From a virus, in IMG/VR virus record IMGVR_UViG_3300030329_003925, positions 13,220 through 77,219 of that record: DNA of 64,000 nt. One strand, given 5' to 3'. This document shows positions 18,977 to 27,675 of this stretch, in pieces. The position numbers and the translations under genes were made by a program. The notes under the pieces are model-generated. The model saw only the letters and a list, made by a program, of their open reading frames with translations, made no database searches and had not been told where the DNA came from. The first letter of the stretch is position 1, and every line of letters starts with the position of its first letter.

Positions 18977-19579
18977 TCAGGCATTGGTTAACTCAGCCAT
19001 GTATTCTTCGTAGCGCTCTGGGAAGTTAAGCTGCCGCTCTGCGTTTACGATTGATCTCTCTCTTATGACTGCCCTGTCATATGCTATTGCTGCTTCTTTG
19101 GGAGTGTCGAACCAACTAGCAACGTGTTTGCCCCCTAGTTTGCACCCATACTTATAAACTTCGACCTTATATTTTCGAACACCCTTGTAGCCTGTTTTGT
19201 TTTTATGGATAGTGTTCCAACTGTTCTCGGCTGGAGTGACATGGCGTAGGTTGCTCTTGCAATTATTCAAGCCGTTGCCATCTATATGGTCTGTTTGTTT
19301 TTTCTTGGCTGGCTTGCCTAAAATAAGATGATGCATTTGCAGCACCGTCTTTCTTCTCCTTCTCCCATCTGTCTTGCAGGGAATCCAATCACCATCTGGA
19401 TGATTTATTTGAGTCTTGGCATAACAGTTTCCATTCTTCTTCGGCGTTGACAGACTCCAATTGTAGGCTTTCACCCTATCCCAATCTTCTGTGTCGATAA
19501 TAGCCTCTTTGTTGCCGTGTGTCTTGCTCTCAATGAATATCACTGTTGTGCCATCGTCGTTATGCTCATGCTTGTTCAT
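18977..19579 (-). CDS. HNH-AP2 homing endonuclease
   Basis: MHHLI, DHIDGNGLNNCKSNLR, TGYKGV, F.TPKEAA.AYD; start reassigned to MNKHEH. Confidence 0.9.
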   Translation of the reverse strand: MNKHEHNDDGTTVIFIESKTHGNKEAIIDTEDWDRVKAYNWSLSTPKKNGNCYAKTQINHPDGDWIPCKTDGRRRRKTVLQMHHLILGKPAKKKQTDHIDGNGLNNCKSNLRHVTPAENSWNTIHKNKTGYKGVRKYKVEVYKYGCKLGGKHVASWFDTPKEAAIAYDRAVIRERSIVNAERQLNFPERYEEYMAELTNA

Positions 19580-19603
19580 ACGCCCCCTTTTGCTGGTATC
19601 TAT

Positions 19604-19632
19604 ATTGTAACACGCCACCCTAAAACTGGCAA
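19604..19632 (-). promoter_or_regulatory. Sigma70-like promoter of the HNH gene
   Basis: TTGCCA-N17-TACAAT with upstream A-tracts. Confidence 0.6.
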
Positions 19633-19742
19633 ATTTTTTCTGGCTATTTTTTGGGCAATCTAAAACTCCAAAATTACTTGGCGATATAACGCGTGTATCT
19701 GGGGTGGGCTTGTCCAACCAGCCTGCGTGGTACTTACTTTCC

Positions 19743-19779
19743 GGTGGGTAGGGGGGTAGGGGGGGAGGGGGGGTACCCC
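19743..19779 (+). repeat. G-tract array ending in a GGGGTACCCC palindrome
   Basis: GGG-TA-G6-TA-G7-A-G7-TACCCC, followed by a pyrimidine-rich tract at 19840-19890. Confidence 0.7.
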
Positions 19780-19905
19780 TTTGGTGTTCTTTATACATTT
19801 TATTGTACGCAATGTATTCGAGCAATTGTTACAAATGTATTCCCCTTCTTCCCCTTCTCTCTCTTATACTATTACTCTCTCTCCCTTACTGGAGTTTATA
19901 CCTTT

Positions 19906-20127
19906 TTATTTTTTATGTCCTCGGCATCTTTTCATATGCCACTTGGTTCGCTTGCGTTGTTCCTCGCCTGCCACTGCAATTAGTATGCGAGGGTGATAGA
20001 CGCCAGAGCGTCCACTATCCCACTTGACCCTGACGGACCATTGGTCTGCTGAAGTTACCATTCCTTTTCCCCTCGGACCTTGTGGGTCTTTGTGGACAAC
20101 GGTAGTTCCTTTGGTTATATCTTCCAT
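19906..20127 (-). CDS. Small SH3/KOW-like family protein
   Basis: ITKGTTVVHK...GMV...VRVKW pattern. Confidence 0.6.
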   Translation of the reverse strand: MEDITKGTTVVHKDPQGPRGKGMVTSADQWSVRVKWDSGRSGVYHPRILIAVAGEEQRKRTKWHMKRCRGHKK

Positions 20128-20318
20128 GTTCTCTCCTTCTCGTGGGTAGTTACAAATTGAATGTCTGTCGAGGGTTCTTCAGTAACAGTCATGCCATCAT
20201 CAAATTGGTTGGTCAACCAGTGAACCCAGAACCTGCCAGAGTGAAGCACAGAATCCCCTACGGTTATGCCCCAGTCTCTTGTGACGTTATGCCTAACCAG
20301 TTTACCTGCCCTCTCCAT
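20115..20318 (-). CDS. Small SH3/KOW-like family protein
   Basis: AGKLVRH...GI...VHW; start at TAATG overlap. Confidence 0.55.
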   Translation of the reverse strand: MERAGKLVRHNVTRDWGITVGDSVLHSGRFWVHWLTNQFDDGMTVTEEPSTDIQFVTTHEKERTWKI

Positions 20319-20431
20319 TATAGCCATCCCCAGTAAGCGTGAATATACCCACCGCAAAAGCTAAACATCCAGAGCAAGCCAGAATAGCAAAGCAGCAGTA
20401 GTGAACCAATGAATTTATCGAACTTAGACAT
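20318..20431 (-). CDS. 37-aa membrane peptide (not in ORF track)
   Basis: First ORF after the promoter; AAGGA RBS; hydrophobic. Confidence 0.5.
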   Translation of the reverse strand: MSKFDKFIGSLLLLCYSGLLWMFSFCGGYIHAYWGWL

Positions 20432-20445
20432 GTTTCCTTCCCTCT

Positions 20446-20474
20446 AATATAGCCGGTTATGCCTTACTTGTCAA
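20446..20474 (-). promoter_or_regulatory. Early sigma70-like promoter
   Basis: TTGACA-N17-TATATT. Confidence 0.75.
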
Positions 20475-20542
20475 ACAAATAATTGTCCTTGACAAACCAT
20501 AGAAAATCGACTTGATACTTCCCCTTTCTACCCTCTCTCTCT

Positions 20543-20857
20543 TTACTCTATACAAAGCATCTCTGGATTGGAATAATAATCCACTTCGGTATCACCGAAA
20601 CCCACTTCAAACCATTCTCCTCCACTCTCTCCCACCTTACATAAGGACGTAGCTGGAAGGGTTAGGACTGTCTTTCCTACAAGCATATACACCTCTACCC
20701 ATTCAAACAATTCTTCTTGGCTTAACAGGATAGGGTTCTCTCTCTTCTCTGCTCCTAAGACTATACCTAACTCTCCTCTCTCACTGAAGTATATGAATGA
20801 CTTGTGCTTTACCAAGTCTCCTCTCTTATACTCTGTTGGTATCTTTTTAATTTTCAT
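20543..20857 (-). CDS. SH3/KOW-like family protein
   Basis: YKRGDLVKH...LGIVL; start reassigned to MKIKK. Confidence 0.6.
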   Translation of the reverse strand: MKIKKIPTEYKRGDLVKHKSFIYFSERGELGIVLGAEKRENPILLSQEELFEWVEVYMLVGKTVLTLPATSLCKVGESGGEWFEVGFGDTEVDYYSNPEMLCIE

Positions 20858-21065
20858 GTCCTCGACCCTTTTCTGTTTTGGATGAGATAACTTTATACTT
20901 CCTCTCTGCCACTTCCATCGGGAAACTAATTTGGTGTCCTCTGCCAACCCAAGGTGCAACCTTCTCAAAGAAGTGAATCACAACCCAACCACCTTTCTTT
21001 ACCTCTTGGACAATTCCATACGGTTGCCTATAGCCTAAGCCACGAACCAAGTCACCGACTTGCAT
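20847..21065 (-). CDS. VGDLV SH3/KOW-like family protein
   Basis: MQVGDLVRG...YGIV. Confidence 0.7.
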   Translation of the reverse strand: MQVGDLVRGLGYRQPYGIVQEVKKGGWVVIHFFEKVAPWVGRGHQISFPMEVAERKYKVISSKTEKGRGHEN

Positions 21066-21234
21066 TGAGCACCTTCAAATAATGACGAGGTTCGGGATAG
21101 GGTTTTGGCATATCACTCCACTGTACCATTATTCGCCCATCAAGCGGATTGATGCCCACAATAATGCCAACACTCATCGTGCCGTATTCGGGCGATGTGG
21201 CTGGAGTACCTCTCACCAAGTCACCTACTTTCAT
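21052..21234 (-). CDS. VGDLV SH3/KOW-like family protein
   Basis: MKVGDLVRG...VGIIV...VQW...LKVLNASR. Confidence 0.7.
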   Translation of the reverse strand: MKVGDLVRGTPATSPEYGTMSVGIIVGINPLDGRIMVQWSDMPKPYPEPRHYLKVLNASR

Positions 21235-21416
21235 CTTGTCACCTTTGTCCATGTGTCACCCAAAGAGAGCCATAACTGGTTCGGTGTCCCATACTCGATG
21301 AAGCGTTCGCCTCCTGCAAAGTTAGAAAGCACTTCAATCACGATGCTGAACCTGCCCGTGTTCTTGTTCCTTATGAGGTCGCCCACCTTGAATGAATATT
21401 TACTTTGTGCCTTCAT
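21231..21416 (-). CDS. VGDLV SH3/KOW-like family protein
   Basis: FKVGDLIRN. Confidence 0.65.
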   Translation of the reverse strand: MKAQSKYSFKVGDLIRNKNTGRFSIVIEVLSNFAGGERFIEYGTPNQLWLSLGDTWTKVTR

Positions 21417-21585
21417 TGACCTTCTCCAACTCTCTGGTGAGAAACATTAACTTTTCTCCCCTCACCAAAACATAACTGTGGTGCTTGCTGCTTTCGTACC
21501 CAAGGAATAAACCTAATTCCCCTGCGTAACTCCACTTGTGCGATACGGTGACGTGCGGGCACCTTACCAAGTCACCGACTTGCAT
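21400..21585 (-). CDS. VGDLV family protein, paralog of 26443-26640
   Basis: MQVGDLVRCP...HSYV...FLTRELE. Confidence 0.7.
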   Translation of the reverse strand: MQVGDLVRCPHVTVSHKWSYAGELGLFLGYESSKHHSYVLVRGEKLMFLTRELEKVNEGTK

Positions 21586-21739
21586 TGACTACCTCCACTT
21601 TGCTATCTTTATATGGCACAGGTTGACCATGCAAGGTGACCCAACGCTGAACCCCATCGTGGCTCTCAAGGACATCAACCCGCATGACGAGATGCACCAT
21701 ACTGGTGCCTTTAATCTTTACCAAGTCACCTGCTTTCAT
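21572..21739 (-). CDS. VGDLV SH3/KOW-like family protein
   Basis: MKAGDLVKI...VEVVNASR. Confidence 0.65.
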   Translation of the reverse strand: MKAGDLVKIKGTSMVHLVMRVDVLESHDGVQRWVTLHGQPVPYKDSKVEVVNASR

Positions 21740-21828
21740 CGGTTCTCCATCACGCCAAAGCAATAACCAACCAAGACGCCAAGCACACCAATGAGCAGGG
21801 GCACGGGAATTTGAATCATTTCAATCAT
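21736..21828 (-). CDS. 30-aa single-TM peptide (not in ORF track)
   Basis: ATGA overlaps at both ends; hydrophobic. Confidence 0.5.
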   Translation of the reverse strand: MIEMIQIPVPLLIGVLGVLVGYCFGVMENR

Positions 21829-22049
21829 TGTACTTTCTCCAAACAACTTTCTGAAACACTTCGAATCTCACCACCAAAGTTACAAGTCCATCTTGCTACA
21901 TGTGGTGGTGGAGAGAGATAGCGTTCGGGCGGATAGACATCCTCCTTGAGAACCAAACCCACCCTCTTTTGCCAGTCGAGGGTGAGGTCGGAAGTGATGG
22001 GCGAGATACGAACGAGGTCGCCCGCCTTGAGGTTACAAATGTCGCTCAT
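21825..22049 (-). CDS. VGDLV SH3/KOW-like family protein
   Basis: LKAGDLVRI...VGLVL; start at ATGA overlap. Confidence 0.65.
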   Translation of the reverse strand: MSDICNLKAGDLVRISPITSDLTLDWQKRVGLVLKEDVYPPERYLSPPPHVARWTCNFGGEIRSVSESCLEKVQ

Positions 22050-23410
22050 TTGTCCTCCACTGCGATGACCCGCTCGTTGGTCTTGAAGTAGGGATACGAG
22101 GCACCGTGACGGTCGGTCATCCAGATGCGTGGGCAACGTGACGACACAGGCTTAGGCGCGTACATGTCGGTCAGCACGATGTGACCGTCGAAGTTGCCAT
22201 CGTTGACGAACTTGGTCGGTGCGTCGAAGTTGGTGCCACCGCAGCAGTAACGCTTCTTGTCGAAACGAGCACCCTTCTTCCAGACGTGGACACCATCTTC
22301 GAACACTTGGTCGTCGAAGGGGATGACCGTGAATTCCACAAACTTAGAAAGTTTGTTCAACTCGGCATAGAAGGCAGAGAGCATCGAGTCGGAGACGGAC
22401 CCAGACTGGTCGATGCTGACCGCGAGGCGAGCGTAGCGTGTCACCTTGTTGCCACTGTGGATGAAGGGGTAACGCTTGTTGAGACGACGAACCGTGTTTC
22501 GCTTGTTCGCCTTGACGGTCGTGCGACAGAAGTAGCGAAGGACTGCTCGCCAGTCAACGGTCGTGCGGAGCATCTCTTTGATGTCCTGCTTGGTGCGTGC
22601 GGAGCAAGTACCCCAAGAACCCGCCTTGTCTGCTTCCTCTGCTGCCTTGCGGATGTCTTCCTTCATGCGCTCGTTCGCAATCTCGCGAGCCTGCTGGTCC
22701 TCGGCACCCTCGCCACCCCAACCGGAGTGGTCGTCGAAGGACTGACCCTGACCAGAACCACCGGACCCAGAACCTTCGCCCTCGCTCTCGCCCTGCTCAC
22801 CGTTGTCGCCAGAACCAGAACCCTGACCCTCGCCATCCTCGTCGCCTTCGCCACCTTGACCCTCGCCCTCGCCTTCACCAGACTCACTCGACTCGCCCTC
22901 GTCAGACTCGCCCTCTTCCTCCTCACGCTTCTTCTGAATCATTTTATAATATGCCTCGGCAGACAACCCAGCCTCAAAGTCAGCAAACGGACCCTCAGTC
23001 GGGAAGCAGCACTCTGGAGGCAGCATGTGGTCGCCATCGGCACCCATGAGGTCGCTGTTGATAGCGAGGTCGCCTGCGATGTTCCAGTCCATCGACATGC
23101 CATCGGAAGGCAGACGACCAGCAACGTGACCCAAGACGATGTGCATGAACTCATGAATGAGCGTGCCCTTGACCCAGCGGTAACGAGCAGCACCCTTGTC
23201 GCCCATCTCCTCGCGACGAGCGATGCACTCTTCGAACCACTTGGGGTTGTAGACCAACTCGTAACGAGCGGTGTCGGCATTGAGCTTCACGCCTGCGGTC
23301 GGGATGCTGGTGAGCACTCGCTTGTCCATCCGACGCGAGAGCGCAGCAAAGAAAGGCTCGTCGAGCAGGAGGCGAGCGGTGTGTTGATTGAGGTCAAAAT
23401 TTGTGGTCAT
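22046..23410 (-). CDS. DUF2201-type metallopeptidase plus VWA domain protein
   Basis: HEFMH, WNIAGDLAIN, acidic Gly/Glu linker, DQSGS MIDAS, GGTNF, LTD. Confidence 0.88.
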   Translation of the reverse strand: MTTNFDLNQHTARLLLDEPFFAALSRRMDKRVLTSIPTAGVKLNADTARYELVYNPKWFEECIARREEMGDKGAARYRWVKGTLIHEFMHIVLGHVAGRLPSDGMSMDWNIAGDLAINSDLMGADGDHMLPPECCFPTEGPFADFEAGLSAEAYYKMIQKKREEEEGESDEGESSESGEGEGEGQGGEGDEDGEGQGSGSGDNGEQGESEGEGSGSGGSGQGQSFDDHSGWGGEGAEDQQAREIANERMKEDIRKAAEEADKAGSWGTCSARTKQDIKEMLRTTVDWRAVLRYFCRTTVKANKRNTVRRLNKRYPFIHSGNKVTRYARLAVSIDQSGSVSDSMLSAFYAELNKLSKFVEFTVIPFDDQVFEDGVHVWKKGARFDKKRYCCGGTNFDAPTKFVNDGNFDGHIVLTDMYAPKPVSSRCPRIWMTDRHGASYPYFKTNERVIAVEDK

Positions 23411-23432
23411 GAGAACTCCTTCTTACATATAC

Positions 23433-23487
23433 AATGTATCACGCGAGGGGCAGAAAGTCCACCCCAAGCGTGTAAACATAATGTCAG
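23433..23487 (-). promoter_or_regulatory. Early promoter with two upstream TTGACA-like boxes
   Basis: TGGACT-N17-TACATT; boxes at 23471 and 23482. Confidence 0.7.
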
Positions 23488-23636
23488 GAACCGACGAGAA
23501 ACCCAATGGAAGCGTAGATACCGTAGCCTGCCAATGTCAAGGCAGGGAGCATGAGCATGAACGCCAGAGTCATCATCATCACATCGGCATAGTCGATGTC
23601 GTGTCGTCGAACATAGTTAGTAATTGCAGAAAGCAT
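23484..23636 (-). CDS. Small membrane protein
   Basis: GAGGTG RBS; C-terminal TM helix. Confidence 0.5.
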   Translation of the reverse strand: MLSAITNYVRRHDIDYADVMMMTLAFMLMLPALTLAGYGIYASIGFLVGS

Positions 23637-23730
23637 AGAGCACCTCTTGGTTGTTGATGGGAAAAAAATTCCCGCGAGAAACTTACAAATAAAAGAAAGG
23701 CGAGGGGGCGCGATGCCCCCCCGCTGCTGA

Positions 23731-24831
23731 CTACTCAAGCCCACCAGTCAGCATGATGGTCAGGTGGTCTGCGACAGACACACCACCCGATGAGGTCGCA
23801 CCGTGGAGGTTCATGACATTCTCGTCACTGCACTCCTGACGACCCAGCACCTCCCACAACTTCATCGCAGGCTCGGAAGGCATAGTTACAAAGTAGTCTG
23901 CGAGGTTCTGAACCTGCTCGGTCGTGAGCACTGCTTGGAACACCTCGGCAGCATCCATCTTGTCCACCAGAGCGACGTGCTCGATGACGCTGAAGTCTGC
24001 GGTCTTCTCGACCTTGCCGTGGGTCAGAACATCCTCGACAGTGACCTGACGGTCGTAGTTCTGGGCGAAGTCACGCAGAGCGACCGCACCTTCGAACCCG
24101 ACGAACCCAGTCGCGAGGACAAAGAGAGGCTCAAGACCCTGACGAGGGTCTGCGAGCAGACCTGCGGTGGTCATCGTATCCGACAGACGCTTCCAAGACC
24201 GACGCGAAGGGTACACCTTGTTCGGCTCGTACTCACCAGTGTGCTCCAAGTGCCCACGGTTGCCGTTGATGAAGTCCCAGACGAAGGAGTCCACGTTGTC
24301 CTTCGCCCATGCGAGCCAGTCCTCGACGGTAGGCTCGACATCGACAACCCACCAGCGGTCAAGTTCGGCAGGGTCCAACTCGCCAACCTGATACTGCGAC
24401 CCGCACTCCTCGCCACCGTTGACAGCAGCGATAATCAGGGTTTGAGGATGAAGATGACGACCGTAAATCTTACGGGAGTCGGTCAATTCCATGATGCCCT
24501 GACGCACCTCTGGAGTCGCACGGTCCACCTCGTCCAAGAAGAGGACGACGGGGTTCTCGCACGCTTGGATGAGCCAGTCAGGGGCGTTCCAAGAAGTTAC
24601 TTTATTGCCCTGCTCCGTCATCGTGGAGTCAGCATCGGGCATACCGATGAGGTCACCCTCGGTCATCTGTGAAGCACGACGCTCCACGACGGGGAGGTCG
24701 AGGTCGCGAGCGGTCTGGTAGACCACCTCGGACTTGCCCACACCGTGACGACCGCGAAGCATCACGGGGAGCTTCTGCGCGAGGACGTGGGGAGCGATGG
24801 AAGTGAAGGTCTTGAAGTCGATTGTTGCCAT
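23731..24831 (-). CDS. MoxR-family AAA+ ATPase
   Basis: GRHGVGKS Walker A; LFLDEVDRA Walker B; LDPAELDRW; PSRRSW. Confidence 0.9.
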   Translation of the reverse strand: MATIDFKTFTSIAPHVLAQKLPVMLRGRHGVGKSEVVYQTARDLDLPVVERRASQMTEGDLIGMPDADSTMTEQGNKVTSWNAPDWLIQACENPVVLFLDEVDRATPEVRQGIMELTDSRKIYGRHLHPQTLIIAAVNGGEECGSQYQVGELDPAELDRWWVVDVEPTVEDWLAWAKDNVDSFVWDFINGNRGHLEHTGEYEPNKVYPSRRSWKRLSDTMTTAGLLADPRQGLEPLFVLATGFVGFEGAVALRDFAQNYDRQVTVEDVLTHGKVEKTADFSVIEHVALVDKMDAAEVFQAVLTTEQVQNLADYFVTMPSEPAMKLWEVLGRQECSDENVMNLHGATSSGGVSVADHLTIMLTGGLE

Positions 24832-24890
24832 GATGAAAACTCCGTGGAGGGGTCAGGAAGAATGGGAGAACATCTCCCGCTTACATATAC

Positions 24891-24940
24891 AATGTATCAC
24901 GTCTGGGGAAGAAGTCAAGGACCGAATCGGACCCTTGACA
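24891..24940 (-). promoter_or_regulatory. Early promoter with an inverted upstream TTGACA
   Basis: TTGACT-N16-TACATT followed by GTATATGTAAG; inverted TTGACA at 24935. Confidence 0.7.
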
Positions 24941-24946
24941 CACAGT

Positions 24947-25615
24947 TTACAAATGGGATGCTGCCTCTGGGAAGCGCCGTTCGAACATCCAAGACTCACG
25001 CTCTCTCAATTCTTCCTTCGCATCTTTCACGGTCATGCCCTCTTCAACCCAGCCTGCGGGAACCGAGATGTCGCCTTTCGCCGCGAGGATGGTCAGGTTC
25101 TCGTTGAAGTAGGCGCTGCCCCCAAGCCCTGCCATCACTGGCAGGTTGCAACCACGCTCGCCGGTTGTAAGTTGGGCGAGGTCACGCACCCGCAGAAACG
25201 CTCGACCCTTAGAAAGATAGGTCGCACCCTCCCACCCAATACCAGTGACGAGGTAGCGAGTCTTGCTCGACCAGCGTTCTTCGACGATGATGGAGCCGAC
25301 ACCCAGTGACGCACTCTCCAGCGCGGAGACGACATTCCGACGCCACTCGACGCCTGCCTTCTGGAGCGCAGCGACGTGCGTCTTCAGAATGGCGCAGGTT
25401 CGCCGGTTGTGTCCCTGCTCGCCACAGTAGGTGCAATTCCGCTTCTCACCCTTGCGAGAAGTAGCCTCACGACGCTGGTCGTACATCCGAACGCGCCAGT
25501 CTTCTGGATTCTCCTCCCGACGCTCTGCAATCTCAGCCTTCAGCTTGGGGCAACCCCGCTTGTTGTGTCCTCGTTCCCAACAGTGTGAACAAGTGACGGT
25601 TCCGTTCCATGACAT
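24947..25615 (-). CDS. Double CCHC zinc-knuckle protein
   Basis: CSHCWERGHNKRGC and CTYCGEQGHNRRTC. Confidence 0.8.
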   Translation of the reverse strand: MSWNGTVTCSHCWERGHNKRGCPKLKAEIAERREENPEDWRVRMYDQRREATSRKGEKRNCTYCGEQGHNRRTCAILKTHVAALQKAGVEWRRNVVSALESASLGVGSIIVEERWSSKTRYLVTGIGWEGATYLSKGRAFLRVRDLAQLTTGERGCNLPVMAGLGGSAYFNENLTILAAKGDISVPAGWVEEGMTVKDAKEELRERESWMFERRFPEAASHL

Positions 25616-25664
25616 ATGAGCCTCCAAGTGGGCAGAGTTACAAAGTTCTTTCGCTTACATATAC

Positions 25665-25692
25665 AATGTATCACGATATGGAGAGAAGTCAA
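25665..25692 (-). promoter_or_regulatory. Early promoter
   Basis: TTGACT-N16-TACATT followed by GTATATGTAAG. Confidence 0.7.
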
Positions 25693-25709
25693 GGAAGTGG
25701 CACCTGTCT

Positions 25710-26012
25710 TTACATCTCTTTGACATTCTTTACATCCCTCGATTCAACGTAATGCTTCATTTCACAGTCTGGAACTCGCCTTTTCGTATAATCAGTCGTC
25801 CACTGAACGAGGAGCCTGTCTCTGATACCATGCTCTGTGGCTCCGATGCCGTTCACCATGCCCCCGTGGATTGCCTGCCCTCTCTTTGCCCCGTAGACTT
25901 TGAAAGCCTGCCTCGCACCATAATATTCTTTGTCTACCTTCTGGACAACCCCGATGTCCTTGGTCAAATTGCAACGCACCAAGTCGCCAACCTCAAAGTT
26001 ACAAATTGTCAT
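25710..26012 (-). CDS. VGDLV SH3/KOW-like family protein
   Basis: FEVGDLVRC...IGVV...VQW. Confidence 0.65.
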   Translation of the reverse strand: MTICNFEVGDLVRCNLTKDIGVVQKVDKEYYGARQAFKVYGAKRGQAIHGGMVNGIGATEHGIRDRLLVQWTTDYTKRRVPDCEMKHYVESRDVKNVKEM

Positions 26013-26244
26013 GGCTAACCTCCTTCAGATAGCACTCATGCTCGTTCGTTGTCCTCCCGTTAATCCAGTGGACTTCCCAAACCTTCAACTCCCTCCCGTC
26101 CACCGTGAAGCGGTCCAACATCTTGCGCTCCTTGTCGGAATGGACGTGCCGCTTGATGACGACGCCAAAAGAGGGGTAGTCTTTGCGACTCGCTGCGAAG
26201 AAGTCTGGAGCACTGAACTTTACTAATGTCCCAACCTCAATCAT
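25999..26244 (-). CDS. VGDLV SH3/KOW-like family protein
   Basis: MIEVGTLVKF...FGVVI...VHW. Confidence 0.65.
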   Translation of the reverse strand: MIEVGTLVKFSAPDFFAASRKDYPSFGVVIKRHVHSDKERKMLDRFTVDGRELKVWEVHWINGRTTNEHECYLKEVSHDNL

Positions 26245-26456
26245 CTTGCACCCACCACCATCAATTTTTCTATGTCCCAAAGGGTCTGACCCTGCTTGCC
26301 CTGCCAATTTACAATTCCGTCAATGTCGTGCCCCCCAGCCACTTCCGCAAGTGCATCACCTACCGCGATGACGACGCCAAGATACGCTGGCGTATCAAGA
26401 TTGGCTGGAGACTCACTCACAACCGCTGGACAATTTACTAAGTCACCTACTTTCAT
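26241..26456 (-). CDS. VGDLV SH3/KOW-like family protein
   Basis: MKVGDLVNC...LGVVI...VNW. Confidence 0.7.
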   Translation of the reverse strand: MKVGDLVNCPAVVSESPANLDTPAYLGVVIAVGDALAEVAGGHDIDGIVNWQGKQGQTLWDIEKLMVVGAR

Positions 26457-26640
26457 TGACTACCTCCAACTCTCTGGTGAGGAATACTAACTTCTTGCCC
26501 TTCGCCCAAACATAACTGTGGGTGTTGGTGCCATCGTCAAAGATGCTTTTCTCGTGCCCAACGAAGACGCCCCACTCTCTCTCTGCGTCCCACTTGCTGT
26601 TGACGGGCGGGCACCTTACCAAGTCACCGACTTTCATCAT
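26443..26640 (-). CDS. VGDLV family protein, paralog of 21400-21585
   Basis: MKVGDLVRCP...HSYV...FLTRELEVVNESR. Confidence 0.7.
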   Translation of the reverse strand: MMKVGDLVRCPPVNSKWDAEREWGVFVGHEKSIFDDGTNTHSYVWAKGKKLVFLTRELEVVNESR

Positions 26641-27413
26641 CGTGCCCTCATCAAGTAGCGTTCTTCAATGACGATGGGGCGAGGGTCGCCAGCGAACAGG
26701 ACAGTATAGCCGCGCCCACCCTTGACTGCCTCGATGATGCCCTCATCAGAGAGGATAAATGCCTTCTTTCCAATGTACTTCCAATACTTTGTCCGAGTGG
26801 TCTGGTTCTTGCGAAGCTGAACACCGTCGCGAACTGCAAACGAAGGCTCGACAGAGGACTGCTCGATGACACGCTTGGCATATCGGTTGTTCCACAACTT
26901 CATAAAGGAGGTCTTGCGGGGCACATAACTCTCGTTGTCGAGGATGCTTGCCACCATATCCTTCCAGTATGGGAGGCTCCCACGACGATAGAACCCAGCG
27001 AGCACCAACGCACCCTCACGATAGGTGGTGCGGTACTCTTGGTCCCAATTGTCGGTGTAGTCTGCCTGTATCTTGTCGAGATGGTATTGCTGACGTTCAG
27101 AAAGCGTGCCTCCTCGCTGCACCTGCTCGATGATGGAAGTTACAAAACGAAACGCCCAAGTGCCATCACCCTCGGCAGCGAGGATTGCCTCTCGGAGAGT
27201 TACAAATTCGATGGGTGCCTCACCCTTGGGGGTCTTTGCGGCTTCAGCAGCGCGAGCCTCCAGCTTGTCAACCCAAGGGCGACGACCTGCGCTCAACGTG
27301 TTCTTACGAAGATAACTCTTCAGAAGGCTTGCCGCGAACTCACGGTCGCGTTGAGATAGGTTTCCGTCCTTAGAAAGAGCAGTCAGTCTGTCGCCCAGTG
27401 TCGTGCGTGCCAT
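26637..27413 (-). CDS. Early protein with two helical repeats and a C-terminal SH3-like domain
   Basis: Repeated F..SL...LS..Q/R units; FAVRDGVQLR...YTVLF...IEERYL. Confidence 0.6.
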   Translation of the reverse strand: MARTTLGDRLTALSKDGNLSQRDREFAASLLKSYLRKNTLSAGRRPWVDKLEARAAEAAKTPKGEAPIEFVTLREAILAAEGDGTWAFRFVTSIIEQVQRGGTLSERQQYHLDKIQADYTDNWDQEYRTTYREGALVLAGFYRRGSLPYWKDMVASILDNESYVPRKTSFMKLWNNRYAKRVIEQSSVEPSFAVRDGVQLRKNQTTRTKYWKYIGKKAFILSDEGIIEAVKGGRGYTVLFAGDPRPIVIEERYLMRAR

Positions 27414-27438
27414 GTGTTACCTCCCGCGTTACATATAC

Positions 27439-27493
27439 AATATAGCCGGTCCTGCACCAGATTGCAAGTCCTAAGTTGTCAAGAGAATGTCAA
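27439..27493 (-). promoter_or_regulatory. Early promoter with tandem upstream TTGACA boxes
   Basis: TTGCAA-N17-TATATT; boxes at 27477 and 27488. Confidence 0.75.
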
Positions 27494-27499
27494 CACAAA

Positions 27500-27670
27500 A
27501 AAGAATCGGGGCGAGGGGTCGCTGTCTTCGCCGCGCTACCACTCGCTATTCACCTTTCAACTACCATAATGGCTCTGGGTATGTGGTCTACACCTATTAG
27601 CAGAACTAAACACCCTCGCGTTCATCTGTGAACTTGAACGCCTCCTTTATTAGTTATCCTCGCCCCGACT
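27500..27670 (-). ncRNA. Candidate structured ncRNA (~165 nt)
   Basis: Terminal inverted repeat TCGGGGCGAGG/CCTCGCCCCGA; internal hairpin GCGTTCA/TGAACGC; 3' U-run; no ORF in track. Confidence 0.45.
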
Positions 27671-27675
27671 ATACC

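Noticed and set aside
19580-19825. Proline-rich N-terminal extension of the HNH ORF
   Set aside because: It is a translation of the non-coding G-tract; the promoter and RBS point to a start at 19579.
22181-24672. Long plus-strand ORFs (457 aa and 289 aa)
   Set aside because: They are antisense shadows of GC3-rich minus-strand genes with clear motifs, and have no recognisable domains.
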